A stretch of DNA of 64,000 nt, taken from Barthelona sp. PCE (Eukaryota). Positions 52,001 to 60,697 of this stretch are shown in pieces. The translations under genes were made by a program, and so were the position numbers. The stretch covers positions 1,302,001 through 1,366,000 of the forward strand of contig JAUFOR010000004.1 of NCBI GenBank assembly GCA_040285745.1, in the 5' to 3' direction. Numbering within the stretch: position 1 is the stretch's first letter; each line of letters begins with the position of its first letter. Under the pieces are notes generated by a model. It was not told the origin of the DNA. It searched no databases and was given only the letters and a program-made list of their open reading frames with translations.

Positions 52001-53384
52001 ACTCAATATTGTCAAGGCTGACTTTTTAAAATCAATCGTATCAAAATTTTCGGAAGTGGGGCTTGTACCTGTCCACATCAACGAAAACCGATTGCTACTA
52101 GCCACTAAACAACAAACATTTAAGCAGGCAAGGTTCACAATTGATGCTGCAATCCAGCAAATCAACGAGTCAATAGATGTTGAGTTTGTTGTCAGTAATT
52201 ACTACAGCTCATGTGTTGTAATCGACAAGACCAACTTCATTGTGTTCCAGCCGCTGTTATCCGCAGACTTGTTAAGGCATCTGCTCAACACTAATGAAAT
52301 GACACCTTACGAAATGCTGACAGGTATACCGCGTGCAGGTGTCTTGAAAGATGATACAGTCGATGATTTATCGTTTGAGGAGTTTGATTACAGTACTATT
52401 AAACCTAACAAGTACAAAGCTGCACAATCATTGATCGAGAAATCCATTGATGACTCGGTTGTTGAGAAATTGAAAAATTTTGAACGGATGACGGGATTAT
52501 TGTATGGGTTTTTACCTCAAATGACACCTTTTATGATGGAACTTGAAAAATATCATGGGCTTGAACGCGAAGTGCTTCAGAGTATTGTTTATGTGTATTA
52601 TTTTGGTCTTTATCTACGTATCCGCGAGTTCTTCCATCAAGAACAATTCTTTGATCTTGAAGAGCAATCGTTGAAGACGAGCTATGAACATTGTGAGTTT
52701 TCTGATTTGAGACCGGTTGCTTATAATTCTGAGGTTGATGAGTTCAACGCACATTTCTCTCAGTGGGTGAATGGCGCTTTCTTACAGTTCACAATCAACC
52801 AAATGTCACGTGTGCAGACCGGTGAAATGCAGGCCGACATAAGCACTGACACTTTGCCACGTTTGTACGATGTACTGTACAAGATGCTTATTGTACCTTA
52901 CGATTCTGAGATTTTAAGTGCAGCGCTGTCAAATGTGATGCGTAAGGTTGGCGTCTATCATGAGGTTGCCCGTGCACAAGATCAGGACGAGTCAAATCAC
53001 ATACCGGTCAAGCTAAAGGCCATATCATGTTCAGATTGTGGTCGTTCTTATTCGTTCCAGCTCATTGAAGCGCAGCGCAAGGTTCTTGATGATACACTTG
53101 TCTGTTCAAAATGTCGAGTTGGTCTTGATCGACTCAGCTTTGAGGAGTCGTTGATGTATGCCCTCAATTCCCTGGTTTATGGGTTTGCTACGCAGGAGTA
53201 TTCCTGTCCACGGTGTAAGATGGTTGCATACGATGGACTTGATGACAACAGATGTACCTGTGGTTGTCTGCCACAGCGTGAGTTCACTGAAGCTGTGTAT
53301 AAGGATGCACTGTCTTTATTTAAGGATATAGCCGAAAAGCTAAAGTTATATGCGGTGCTCAGCATCATTGACGTGTACACCTAA
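46083..53384 (+). CDS. POLE: DNA polymerase epsilon catalytic subunit
   Basis: AYDIE, TYNGDGFDFP, WVKRDSYLPAGSHGLKAVT, HLDVGAMYPNIILTNRLQP, QLAHKCILNSFYGY, LELDTDGIW, ELKGFELKRRGEL; two C-terminal Cys4 clusters. Confidence 0.97.
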   Translation: MSKSISMGGNSALKSDYGRQSEAKRTSNYRKNFSRIKTMGNWNDKQGESRSSFISESEYTAHEQLWHVQTVSDSIPGFLFNLRPCIIREKDKPMTSAVKLYFMGDEGNVFSVTHMFRPYFLLRVDFEEKAVQVPQKLHDSHILEVKSLLTTLFGEDIYEFDEVMLLDTSLYDHLPKDGCSEPLVPFLKVICNSSSALKRVSRTLVNHKVDSRPSIFWQDINHPLPTLSQMMIHTGSSNLITLCNLISDVREFDIDYTIQYQTANDVHIGNWYQVEDGDTYDPLLVKMTTPDRLVKPELEIFAYDIECMHQPYKFPNMDVDEIMCISIMMNHYGYLITNLETFSSPVNDFNYMNTDFKLINCATEKECIQVFFDLLVKHKPQIIITYNGDGFDFPYIYRRCEVLGISYRDYGFRKKQMRIDDDDFECLHTVAIHVDCFYWVKRDSYLPAGSHGLKAVTRKKLGYEPFELNANQMVEFGQTNPQRLAEYAVSDAYATEKLFEKYILNFIFALGLILPIGPDDILRKGSGVLCECLLLKNATKRNLAVPNSNDVIFRNRVLPLYKNGFVKDLSFEGGTVRSLNAGIYRSDFPIEFEASPEAYRELSDLVEDEIEYYLTHEVSKPDNKVTKDDFANYQEVVHEIRKALLDFADELESGKAVGLTQTANMTLLTPSSDNQEMTYYKVKRKPLIYHLDVGAMYPNIILTNRLQPNAVFAYRGSSQPKECVNCSFFPVRDDIKCQRVLEWNRKITMFNLDSHSVRSSYREVLDVRSQPKTSEQRVEFIEELEDIVKKRAIKSNRVQSRLISDKVPAVVCQREHSFYIDTVEDFRDRRYVFKGKAKVYGRKVQDLMDQLRNTDGLSEFQVMDIREDLEQNSTLANYYDSLQLAHKCILNSFYGYVAKKGAKWGNKVMGGIVTNIGGSIISEAQDLLEKLGNNLELDTDGIWSCLPDCFPENYNFIFKETGKKLFFSYPCAILNRRTHTFCNNAQFTRFNYDTNQYSTEDRQEIFFEVDGPYKAMVLPASTEEGKLLKKRYVVFNFDGSLAELKGFELKRRGELELIKEYQQKLFDYYLRGSTLETAYEEVANTSRYFLDLIHFRGEALSDEEVLHLFSERKTLSRNLSEYPNKNSLLVACGRKMVHFLGLSDDQSANVTIEFVILKYPRAAELNDRAFPVNILRLQNVAQRKQYLKRMLGSDAAELDLRDLLDWDYYLKRFSQQLLKLVIIPAVLQNIPNPMPEVELPRWVESKIKNANTTQLTLDSFFERASKKRNQMAAVPQFDEMQIEAVEDDTMPPIIGVPSMMPSSVDFVPVETEDAPGFRSPKSPVFSPEDHGPADEEVVIRKKTSEIVEFETVKKRKSTRKKRTSVQLRLTDIFDSKKHTLKDFENMYGISVPPLKSAATSRTVLHDFFRSIAARRMKRSQELKRFSEGGVTLKTSRAEGLKLYQSVLRHTSSKAKPKTVTALNHIDHHISTQKGRKRMTRKLTKSEILHSQMVIVGIKRASGGQFNAQVLYDPEHTRLSRNSDTLALSSFMFVMDHVFYVSTIDSSALISQLKEQELVTEEWKYRVLSKHEAVSFLAPITTLPHDVVEVSCPYHSNILVNSHYIKREIERLSVAKGVYEISIPPKFRCLSQLPALLVESREFKEPVALSQIQTPLTAKGNPADFYEAAFVNGKYGIPMRFGALIEAGDNVNCAIVVDPGNDLIEFIVPHTMFLLDDFLNTGLEAFFSSKLKSWPFNGKSLSNFNVTRVKGNDQVVGTFERICSSLHRHDSIFYVFADGFKKKRFAKTGIFFHFPSLLFEGTLRTDLNSCFNMIVHKFSGLKQQMHLRFAIASEFIIPINNFSDNQEVLLCDLLMARAIRKAKQVMWFSQTKNTAIPLMAEVETVVCTPDVHTNVIAEVKMPTLFFRALVEGFARKSSAIIRSKFASYFELISMVLNAGRSSTGSTMVSIFASSVDHWINTPESYFHDTVFAHSLNIVKADFLKSIVSKFSEVGLVPVHINENRLLLATKQQTFKQARFTIDAAIQQINESIDVEFVVSNYYSSCVVIDKTNFIVFQPLLSADLLRHLLNTNEMTPYEMLTGIPRAGVLKDDTVDDLSFEEFDYSTIKPNKYKAAQSLIEKSIDDSVVEKLKNFERMTGLLYGFLPQMTPFMMELEKYHGLEREVLQSIVYVYYFGLYLRIREFFHQEQFFDLEEQSLKTSYEHCEFSDLRPVAYNSEVDEFNAHFSQWVNGAFLQFTINQMSRVQTGEMQADISTDTLPRLYDVLYKMLIVPYDSEILSAALSNVMRKVGVYHEVARAQDQDESNHIPVKLKAISCSDCGRSYSFQLIEAQRKVLDDTLVCSKCRVGLDRLSFEESLMYALNSLVYGFATQEYSCPRCKMVAYDGLDDNRCTCGCLPQREFTEAVYKDALSLFKDIAEKLKLYAVLSIIDVYT

Positions 53385-53555
53385 TCAGTTTGAGAGGGGA
53401 TGCCTGCAAAAGTTCAGTTCATTATTCATAAAGAAACACAATCACAGTTGGCCCTTCGTGGACCATAAATGTGATTTTGATTGGATTTTGATTCCTTTCT
53501 TAGTAAAACAAACTGTAAATATTTTCTCACTCCTTTTTTCTTGTATTGGGTTTAA

Positions 53556-54548
53556 ATGTCAGAGTCAGCAAAGGCAGAAAGCAGCCAGTTCCTTCAGGAT
53601 ATCGTTGGGTTCAGCAAACATAAGCTGAAAAGCGTTAAAAATTCAGGAAAGTGTTATGATGCATCCAAACCGAGAGTACCGGGCAGAGCACGACCCCAGC
53701 CTCCACAAAAGGCTTCCCAGCCAGCGGTTCAGAAGCCAACATCATCAGGTGGTCATCATGATTTTCTTGCTGAATTAAAGGCACGGCAGCATAAAAAAGC
53801 AGCTATGAGGCAAAGTTCATCTGCACCAAAGCCAGAGCCACCAGCAAGTGCCCCTCATAGCAAGCCAGAACCAAAAGCTCCGGTTAAGAAGCGTGTTGTC
53901 AAAGTACCGGTAGGAGTTCCTCAAGGCCCACCACCGACCGTGGCCCCAGCACCCCCATCCAAAAAACCGTCTCAAGCACCTGTTCAAGCATCACCTGTGG
54001 AACAGGCACCAAAAGTTCCAACACGAAGAGTTGCACCAGCACCTCCTATTAAACAAGCATCTCCACGTAGGCAGCCTCCAAAGATCCCTGTACCATCATC
54101 ATCACCTAGACAGTCCAATATTCCAGTTGAGCCAACACCGATAGCACAGAGCATCAGTGAACCAACACCAATGAAGCAGACGGTAACAATGGAACGTCCA
54201 AAACGATCTGTGCGTGCACCTGGACGTAGTGCCCCCGCTCCCAAACCTACACTACCTTCTGTTAGACGACCAAAGACACGATGGACATTCGCTTCTGTTG
54301 AAGACTTGCCTGCACCTCCAGCATTCACAAACGCTTTGCAAGTATATCGGTTGCCGAAGAGAAAGAAGCAGAACCTAACCGAAACGGAAGAGACAATATT
54401 GAAGAACAGAAAGAAGGCAATCCAGAAAAAGATTGAAATGCAAATTAGGCGTTTACAAAGTTTAACACACAAGGTTCGAAAGAGTTCTATGGAGACAATT
54501 GATATCGTGGAACAGGAGGTAATGGAATTGATAAAAACAGAAGAATAA
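53556..54548 (+). CDS. WIP/verprolin-like actin regulator (WH2, proline-rich, WASP-binding motif)
   Basis: FLQDIVGFSKHKLKSV (WH2-like); Pro-rich centre; RWTFASVEDLPAPPAF resembles the WIP WASP-binding segment. Confidence 0.7.
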   Translation: MSESAKAESSQFLQDIVGFSKHKLKSVKNSGKCYDASKPRVPGRARPQPPQKASQPAVQKPTSSGGHHDFLAELKARQHKKAAMRQSSSAPKPEPPASAPHSKPEPKAPVKKRVVKVPVGVPQGPPPTVAPAPPSKKPSQAPVQASPVEQAPKVPTRRVAPAPPIKQASPRRQPPKIPVPSSSPRQSNIPVEPTPIAQSISEPTPMKQTVTMERPKRSVRAPGRSAPAPKPTLPSVRRPKTRWTFASVEDLPAPPAFTNALQVYRLPKRKKQNLTETEETILKNRKKAIQKKIEMQIRRLQSLTHKVRKSSMETIDIVEQEVMELIKTEE

Positions 54549-54553
54549 AAGCA

Positions 54554-55330
54554 TTAGACTGGCATTTCAGGAAAAGCTTCATCAACATTGGGTACGTTAA
54601 GATTTCTACTTTTATGATGATAAAACTCTCTTCTTGCACGTTCAATGTTCTGTAGAAAGTCAGATATGAGCTTTTCATTATGTAATCTACGCTTACTTTT
54701 TTCGAATAGCTCCTGATGATGATTTTCAAAAATTTCGATTCGTTCCATTTTCTTTCTCGCCAACTCAGCTCTCTCTCTCTCAAATTGTTCAGCGTTTTCA
54801 ACTGGGTGAACCGGTTTGTTTTGTGGTAAGACAATTGTTGAACGTATAGAGCGCGGAATATCACAATTCTCAAATGTTTCTTCCCTATATTTGTAGTGGA
54901 ACCTTTGCTTAGGCTTTGTCTTTTCCCACTCAAATGCTGCGACTCCGAAATCCTTTGCTCTCTTGCGATTATGGATGTGTGTAGCTTTTTTTTGCTCTTT
55001 TTTGAATTGATCCATTAGCGATGTTTCTAAAGCTTTTGTATACCTATCCAGTGTCTTTTCGTTGTCAGTTTCAGTGTTTTCAATTGTAGTTGTTAACTGT
55101 ACAGTTTGCCTTTCCTCAAAAGCTTTGGCTTCAACTACTGGATCCGAGCATACACTTGATTCTTGTATTACTGATGATACATGTGGCTCTTCACAAGGTT
55201 CTCCTCTCTTTTTCTTACGTTTCTTTCTGAAACGACGTGCATTAGTTCGCGCACAAATTCTTTCTTGTTTTCTAACAAGAAGCATTCTTTCAATACGCTC
55301 GTTGCGTTCTGTCCCATGGCTCAATACCAT
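54554..55330 (-). CDS. Hypothetical basic/coiled-coil protein
   Basis: First ATG at 55330 (MVLSHG). Confidence 0.65.
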   Translation of the reverse strand: MVLSHGTERNERIERMLLVRKQERICARTNARRFRKKRKKKRGEPCEEPHVSSVIQESSVCSDPVVEAKAFEERQTVQLTTTIENTETDNEKTLDRYTKALETSLMDQFKKEQKKATHIHNRKRAKDFGVAAFEWEKTKPKQRFHYKYREETFENCDIPRSIRSTIVLPQNKPVHPVENAEQFERERAELARKKMERIEIFENHHQELFEKSKRRLHNEKLISDFLQNIERARREFYHHKSRNLNVPNVDEAFPEMPV

Positions 55331-55389
55331 TAAAATCAAAAATATTTGCAAAAAAAAAGAAATGGGCGAAAAATGATTTTACATTCAAA

Positions 55390-58266
55390 CTAGTAACCCT
55401 TGGAGCTCTTGAGGCGTGCCCGTGCTGTGCTCGGTGGAATTACTGACTTAACAGCCTGAAGAGTTAATCCACGTAAACCTGTAAACTCGTCCTTATCAAT
55501 GTGATCTCTGGAGTCCTTCAGAACCCTAATAGCCCGCTCAGCTGTCACTTCTACACTGCGGGTGAGCCTTTCGGTCTGAGCAGGCGCCAAATGAAAGATG
55601 GGTTCCGCAGGTATTTCTCTAGGCGTACTTATCCTCTCTCTTGCTGACTGTAGGATACGGTCGATCTTCGACTGCTTGTTGTTTGCTAATAGAGATAGAT
55701 CCAGATTTGGAATTTTTGACGTCGCAGATTTATGTCTCCTTCCACTCGCGGAAGTCCTCTTAAATGAAGGTTTTCTCAGCGTATTGACGGGTTCACGTGC
55801 TATGATGGCACTGGGTAACTCATCAGCTGGTATTATATCTTCCTTATTCAAAAGCGACCAGTTATGTTCACCGTACCGGCCTATGAAAGATCCGTCCATG
55901 AGATGCAGGAAGCACCCTTGCCTAACACTGATGGAGAGTACGTCCTGTCCCATGATGCTGTGATAGTTAATGCTGAGAATGGAACGCTTTCCGTTTTCAA
56001 TTTTGAAGTGGTGAATCTGAGTAAATATCATGCCTCTCAGGTCAAGTTTCCACACTCTGACAGTACCAATAGCAGTTCCTACGAACATATATATACTTTC
56101 CTTCTTTACCCTGATGTTAAAAACTGTGGGGCTAACGCCAACACTTACCAGTCGTTTCATTGCCACAAAGTCCATGTCACTAGTGCTCAAGATGTGTACA
56201 ACACCATCACAATCAAACAAAGCTGCATAGTAACGCTTACCATCAACAAAGCTCCGTGCTGATATGAAAATACTCTCGAAATCCAACTCTTTAAGACCAT
56301 ACAGATTCGGGTGCTGTACCTCCGTGTATACCTCAACGCCGCTTGTCGCGTTAACACAGAATACACAACCGTTTGTGGTGACGCACAAAAACCTATTAGC
56401 CCCACAACAGCAGATTCCACTTACCTTCTTTTTCGTCGAGAAGCGCCTGAACGGCGTGGATATCGGGTCTCTCCACACAACAAACTCGTCCTCGGTAAAC
56501 GCAACTATGAAATTGGTCTCTGCTCGGAGAAATTCATCTGGTGTAACCTTGTAAGTATGGTTCAGCGGGTCCACACCGACCATTGTCAAGTGGATGAGCG
56601 GTTTGTCGTAGCCCTTGAGGGTTGCTAAGGTGGCACCATTGTGGAAATTGTAAACCCCAATATTTCCATCAGACCTTGCCAAAAATAAGCGCCGTTGGGC
56701 GAAATCAAGCACTCCCCCAGTGATGTCCACCAATTTGAGGTCGCTACAAGGTCTAAATCGAATTGATAGTAAACCAGTATCACCCTTAAAAACAAAAGCT
56801 ATATTCTCAATCGAAACCACAATAGATATTCCAAAAGTGTTACAAAAGAGAGAAAATGATACATTAATATCTGTGGTAGCAGCTACATGTGTATTTTCTA
56901 AAGAAAAAGTTTGGATATACGGACATGAAGCAATAAACACATTTGTATTGGGCTCATACCCCACTTTATATCCTTGGCCATCAAGTAAGAATGTAGAATG
57001 TGGTGCAAATGAGTGTAAATCAAATAACCTTAACGAATTCTCAAAAGTCAATGTAAGTATTAAGTCGTCACTAACTGTGATGGATCGAATACCACTATCA
57101 TGGCCACCGACCTTCGTGTGGATTTCACCATGATATGCATCAACCACATAGAGGTCTCGTGAAACACCTGACACCAACAGGAATTTATGTAGATGATCGA
57201 TAGCTATATCATGCAGTGTTGAACTCATGATTTTCTTGCTCATTCTGATAGAGAGCGTCAGACAGTCTACAATACACAATGTACCATCATCAAGTCCTAA
57301 GGCGATGGAGCTCAACAGAAAAGGTACTGGTGTGATAACATTAATGGATATGTCACGTTTAAACAGCTTCGTCTTCTCGCACTGGCGCATGACCGGGGTC
57401 GTATTTGTCTTTGAGAAATCTATGGGTAAAGATAAAAGGTTACAAAAGGAGTCTCCGATGAACAAATGATTGGACACCCAGCACATTGCAGTTGGTGTGT
57501 ATTTGAACGGACCCAGGGTGTGCTTGAGCTCCCCGTTCATGTCAAAGACTAGAATAAATCTTCCCAATGTAGCTGTGAATACATATTGTGGAGAAATACA
57601 GCCACATGTAAACATAGTATCATATTTTGATCGCGCTTCATGCTTGTACTCGGATATAAGCTGTGCGTTGCTGTTACACACGATAAATCGACCACTGTCA
57701 AAAATACTATATATACGATTACTATTGGTGAACAAACCGATGCAATTTTCGTGTAAAAAGTACTTGAACGGTCTGTTCTTGATCGGTTTGAGGATTATTT
57801 GACTTTCTTCACTGGCTAAACTTAAAGCTTCTTGTAAACTAAGCAAATAAGAAACGAATTCATCGCTTGTGACTGTACCATCACAGTTCGCATCGATCTT
57901 CTTGAACGTTTCAATGAGTTGATCACGTGAAAAACCCCGTTCCAAAGCACTACTGATACCTTCAACAAATTCGTCTTGTGTCATACCTTGAGAACCGTTT
58001 CTCTGGAGCTTGTCAAACTGTTTTAGGATGTGTTGCATATCTTCAACACTTTTAATATAGCTCAGATGATCCTGAAAAAGAAGCTCTTCAATTTCTTCAT
58101 CCTTCTCCTCAGCTTTATCGGGAGCTGAAGGTATATCGACCGACATGCTTTCAAATGTGCTGTTCTTTGAGTCAAATCTGTGTTTCTGAAAGTTCTGAAT
58201 CGCTGACTGTGCTAAGTCGATAAAAACAGGTACACTCTCGATGTTTGAGATTCTTGATGATTTCAT
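55390..58266 (-). CDS. EF-hand plus WD40 protein (WDR49/EFCAB8-like, probably ciliary)
   Basis: FKKIDANCDGTVTSDEFVSYLL EF hand; WD repeats (GGHDSGIRSI, LRLFD, IGVYNFHNGATL); first ATG at 58266. Confidence 0.8.
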   Translation of the reverse strand: MKSSRISNIESVPVFIDLAQSAIQNFQKHRFDSKNSTFESMSVDIPSAPDKAEEKDEEIEELLFQDHLSYIKSVEDMQHILKQFDKLQRNGSQGMTQDEFVEGISSALERGFSRDQLIETFKKIDANCDGTVTSDEFVSYLLSLQEALSLASEESQIILKPIKNRPFKYFLHENCIGLFTNSNRIYSIFDSGRFIVCNSNAQLISEYKHEARSKYDTMFTCGCISPQYVFTATLGRFILVFDMNGELKHTLGPFKYTPTAMCWVSNHLFIGDSFCNLLSLPIDFSKTNTTPVMRQCEKTKLFKRDISINVITPVPFLLSSIALGLDDGTLCIVDCLTLSIRMSKKIMSSTLHDIAIDHLHKFLLVSGVSRDLYVVDAYHGEIHTKVGGHDSGIRSITVSDDLILTLTFENSLRLFDLHSFAPHSTFLLDGQGYKVGYEPNTNVFIASCPYIQTFSLENTHVAATTDINVSFSLFCNTFGISIVVSIENIAFVFKGDTGLLSIRFRPCSDLKLVDITGGVLDFAQRRLFLARSDGNIGVYNFHNGATLATLKGYDKPLIHLTMVGVDPLNHTYKVTPDEFLRAETNFIVAFTEDEFVVWRDPISTPFRRFSTKKKVSGICCCGANRFLCVTTNGCVFCVNATSGVEVYTEVQHPNLYGLKELDFESIFISARSFVDGKRYYAALFDCDGVVHILSTSDMDFVAMKRLVSVGVSPTVFNIRVKKESIYMFVGTAIGTVRVWKLDLRGMIFTQIHHFKIENGKRSILSINYHSIMGQDVLSISVRQGCFLHLMDGSFIGRYGEHNWSLLNKEDIIPADELPSAIIAREPVNTLRKPSFKRTSASGRRHKSATSKIPNLDLSLLANNKQSKIDRILQSARERISTPREIPAEPIFHLAPAQTERLTRSVEVTAERAIRVLKDSRDHIDKDEFTGLRGLTLQAVKSVIPPSTARARLKSSKGY

Positions 58267-58596
58267 TTGTGTGTCATGATGAAAAACAAGTATGAAAAGG
58301 GTGAGATGGTTAAGAACAATAGATATAAGTGTGAATAATATTATCCTAAGTTTCGCTGTCAAATTGGTGTTTAATCATTTGCATTCTTGTTATCAAACAT
58401 GACTGAAATGAGGAGCGAAACAGTCAATCTCACTTTGAATGCAGGCATTATTCAACACAGATTTATTGTTTTTTAACCGTAAATGTGGGTGAAAAAGTGA
58501 ACATTAATCGCAAGCATTTGTTGCAAAAAGGGTTAAAAAATAGTTTTATCTGCTAAAACCATTTCTACTTTATCTTTTAACTTGTTAGCGATCGGG

Positions 58597-60603
58597 ATGT
58601 CAACAGCACCAAATACACCCGGTACGCCAACACAGGTTATGTTTGATTTACCTAACAGACCTAACACAACGTTTGTAGCACGAAACAGAGCAAAGAGTGA
58701 GTCAAGAATGATTCACTCAACAAACAGATCAAGGAAAGCACGGTCACGGGCAAAAAGTGAAAAGTTACCAACCCCTAGGTCGAATCAGGTGGGTTCTGTT
58801 AGTTTAAAAGATGCACGAAAAAAACTAAGGCAATCACACACAGTATCGCCTGTTAAGAAGAGGCGTGTGTATAAGAAAGTACTCGAAGATCGAAAATTAG
58901 AAATGTACCGAGAAAGTTTAGTTGAATGGGTCTATGGAAAGAAGAAGAAGAAGAAGGCCAAAAAAATCACCTCCCGGGACAAGGCAGCCATAGTAATCCA
59001 GCGGGTTTTCAGAGGATACATTGCTAGAAAAACATTTAGGCGTTGGTTCAAAAAAATTCACACAAGAGGAATGGCAATATTAGAACTGAAGGACAGTGAG
59101 GAACGTTACCTGGGTGATCTGAATAAGATTAATGATTTGTATAATGATAAGGGAGCAACAGGTTTTTCGTCAGCTGAAACTACATTGCTATTTGGTAGTG
59201 TTGAACCTTTAATTCAATTTTCTCAACAAATTTTTAACAGTTTAACACAATACATCAATGATTGGATTAATGAACACGATGTATTGGCAGGATGCACTAT
59301 TGGAGCTTGGGCTTTGGAAAATTTAACACCAGCTTCACTAGCAATATTTAATTCCTATGTAAGTCAATTCGACAATGTTCTTAAGACGCTCAATGAAAAG
59401 AAAAAACCATCTTCAACTATTGTGAAATTTTTACAAAGATATAACATGACAATTCACACATTACCATCTCTTTTAGTACATCCAGTTCAAAGAGCTCCTC
59501 GTTATCCCCTTGTTCTCAAAGAAATTGCCAAAAATACACCTGTATGGCATCCAGATTACAATAGTATTAATGATGCTGTTGCACAGACAGAGAATGCTGT
59601 ATCCTCAATTAACGAAACCAAGCGTTTTACAGAACAACTAATGAAGAAGAGTATGGAGCTGAAGAGGTTTGGCAACATTAATCCTTATGTATGGTCTTTG
59701 GAAGTCAATGAAGCAACGGATTTTAACATTGCGAAATTTGAACCTGTACTTAAACAGCACCGTATGGTTATATTAAGCGATCGTATATTAGTAGGTTCCC
59801 CAAAGTTCATTGGTAGTGGTCTTAATTGTGTTCATGCATTAGCTTTAGATGGGCTAGTCCATGAAGAATTGCCAAAGTATATTGCTAGAGGTTTGCATAT
59901 TCGTGCTCGTGATATACCCGTCGACTGCGGTGAGATGGACCGGGAAGATATTGAAAAGCACGACTTTACAGATTTGGTTTTTAAGTTTTCAACAAAGAAA
60001 GAGATGATTCGTTGGAAGAGTATCATCACAGGCGCTGTTGTGGCGTACAAGGAAAGCCAGGACACTAACCTTGAAGATTTGTTGGGTGTTGCACCGATTG
60101 ACACAGTATCAGGGAATGATGTTGTCGCTTCAATGCCTCCCAAGAGCTCTTCAAGAACCAGTACGAGTCCATTGAGACAGAGTGTTTCATCAGTTGATAT
60201 AGATCGAAGAATGTCGTCTTTTTCAAGTGGAGTGACCAATACAGATAGTTTGAGTCCAACGAAATCTCCAAAAGGAAAGAGTTCAGCTATTTCAATGTTG
60301 AACGCTGCAGGTTCAACGCAGTCAGTTGACGCCAGTGTGTTTAAGCAACTGGTCAATTCAAGTTCAGAAGACATTACGAAACTTGGTGGTGGTGGTGTCA
60401 GGCATAGTGCACAGATTCGTCCAAGAACAATGTCATTCAGCACAGTTAATAATAATAAGGTTGCTCAATCTGCGCCAGTAACACCGATTTCTACTTTGAA
60501 GACGCCTGATCTTGATACTTTAGATTCACCCAAACACTCAAGTAATACATCAAGCACCTCTGCAAGCACACCAACACTTCAACAAAAGCCTCCTATCTAT
60601 TAG
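58597..60603 (+). CDS. RhoGEF (IQ, DH, PH domains)
   Basis: AAIVIQRVFRGYIARK (IQ); ILELKDSEERYLGDL and SLLVHPVQRAPRYPLVLKEIAKNTPVWHPDY (DH); FSTKKEMIRWKSII (PH end). Confidence 0.9.
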   Translation: MSTAPNTPGTPTQVMFDLPNRPNTTFVARNRAKSESRMIHSTNRSRKARSRAKSEKLPTPRSNQVGSVSLKDARKKLRQSHTVSPVKKRRVYKKVLEDRKLEMYRESLVEWVYGKKKKKKAKKITSRDKAAIVIQRVFRGYIARKTFRRWFKKIHTRGMAILELKDSEERYLGDLNKINDLYNDKGATGFSSAETTLLFGSVEPLIQFSQQIFNSLTQYINDWINEHDVLAGCTIGAWALENLTPASLAIFNSYVSQFDNVLKTLNEKKKPSSTIVKFLQRYNMTIHTLPSLLVHPVQRAPRYPLVLKEIAKNTPVWHPDYNSINDAVAQTENAVSSINETKRFTEQLMKKSMELKRFGNINPYVWSLEVNEATDFNIAKFEPVLKQHRMVILSDRILVGSPKFIGSGLNCVHALALDGLVHEELPKYIARGLHIRARDIPVDCGEMDREDIEKHDFTDLVFKFSTKKEMIRWKSIITGAVVAYKESQDTNLEDLLGVAPIDTVSGNDVVASMPPKSSSRTSTSPLRQSVSSVDIDRRMSSFSSGVTNTDSLSPTKSPKGKSSAISMLNAAGSTQSVDASVFKQLVNSSSEDITKLGGGGVRHSAQIRPRTMSFSTVNNNKVAQSAPVTPISTLKTPDLDTLDSPKHSSNTSSTSASTPTLQQKPPIY

Positions 60604-60697
60604 AAAATGTAAAATAGACTGTTTTTTTTTCTTAAAACCTTATTCCCCATCATAGAAGTTTGTTTTTCAGGATAGGTCCTCTTTTTATAGCATAAGC

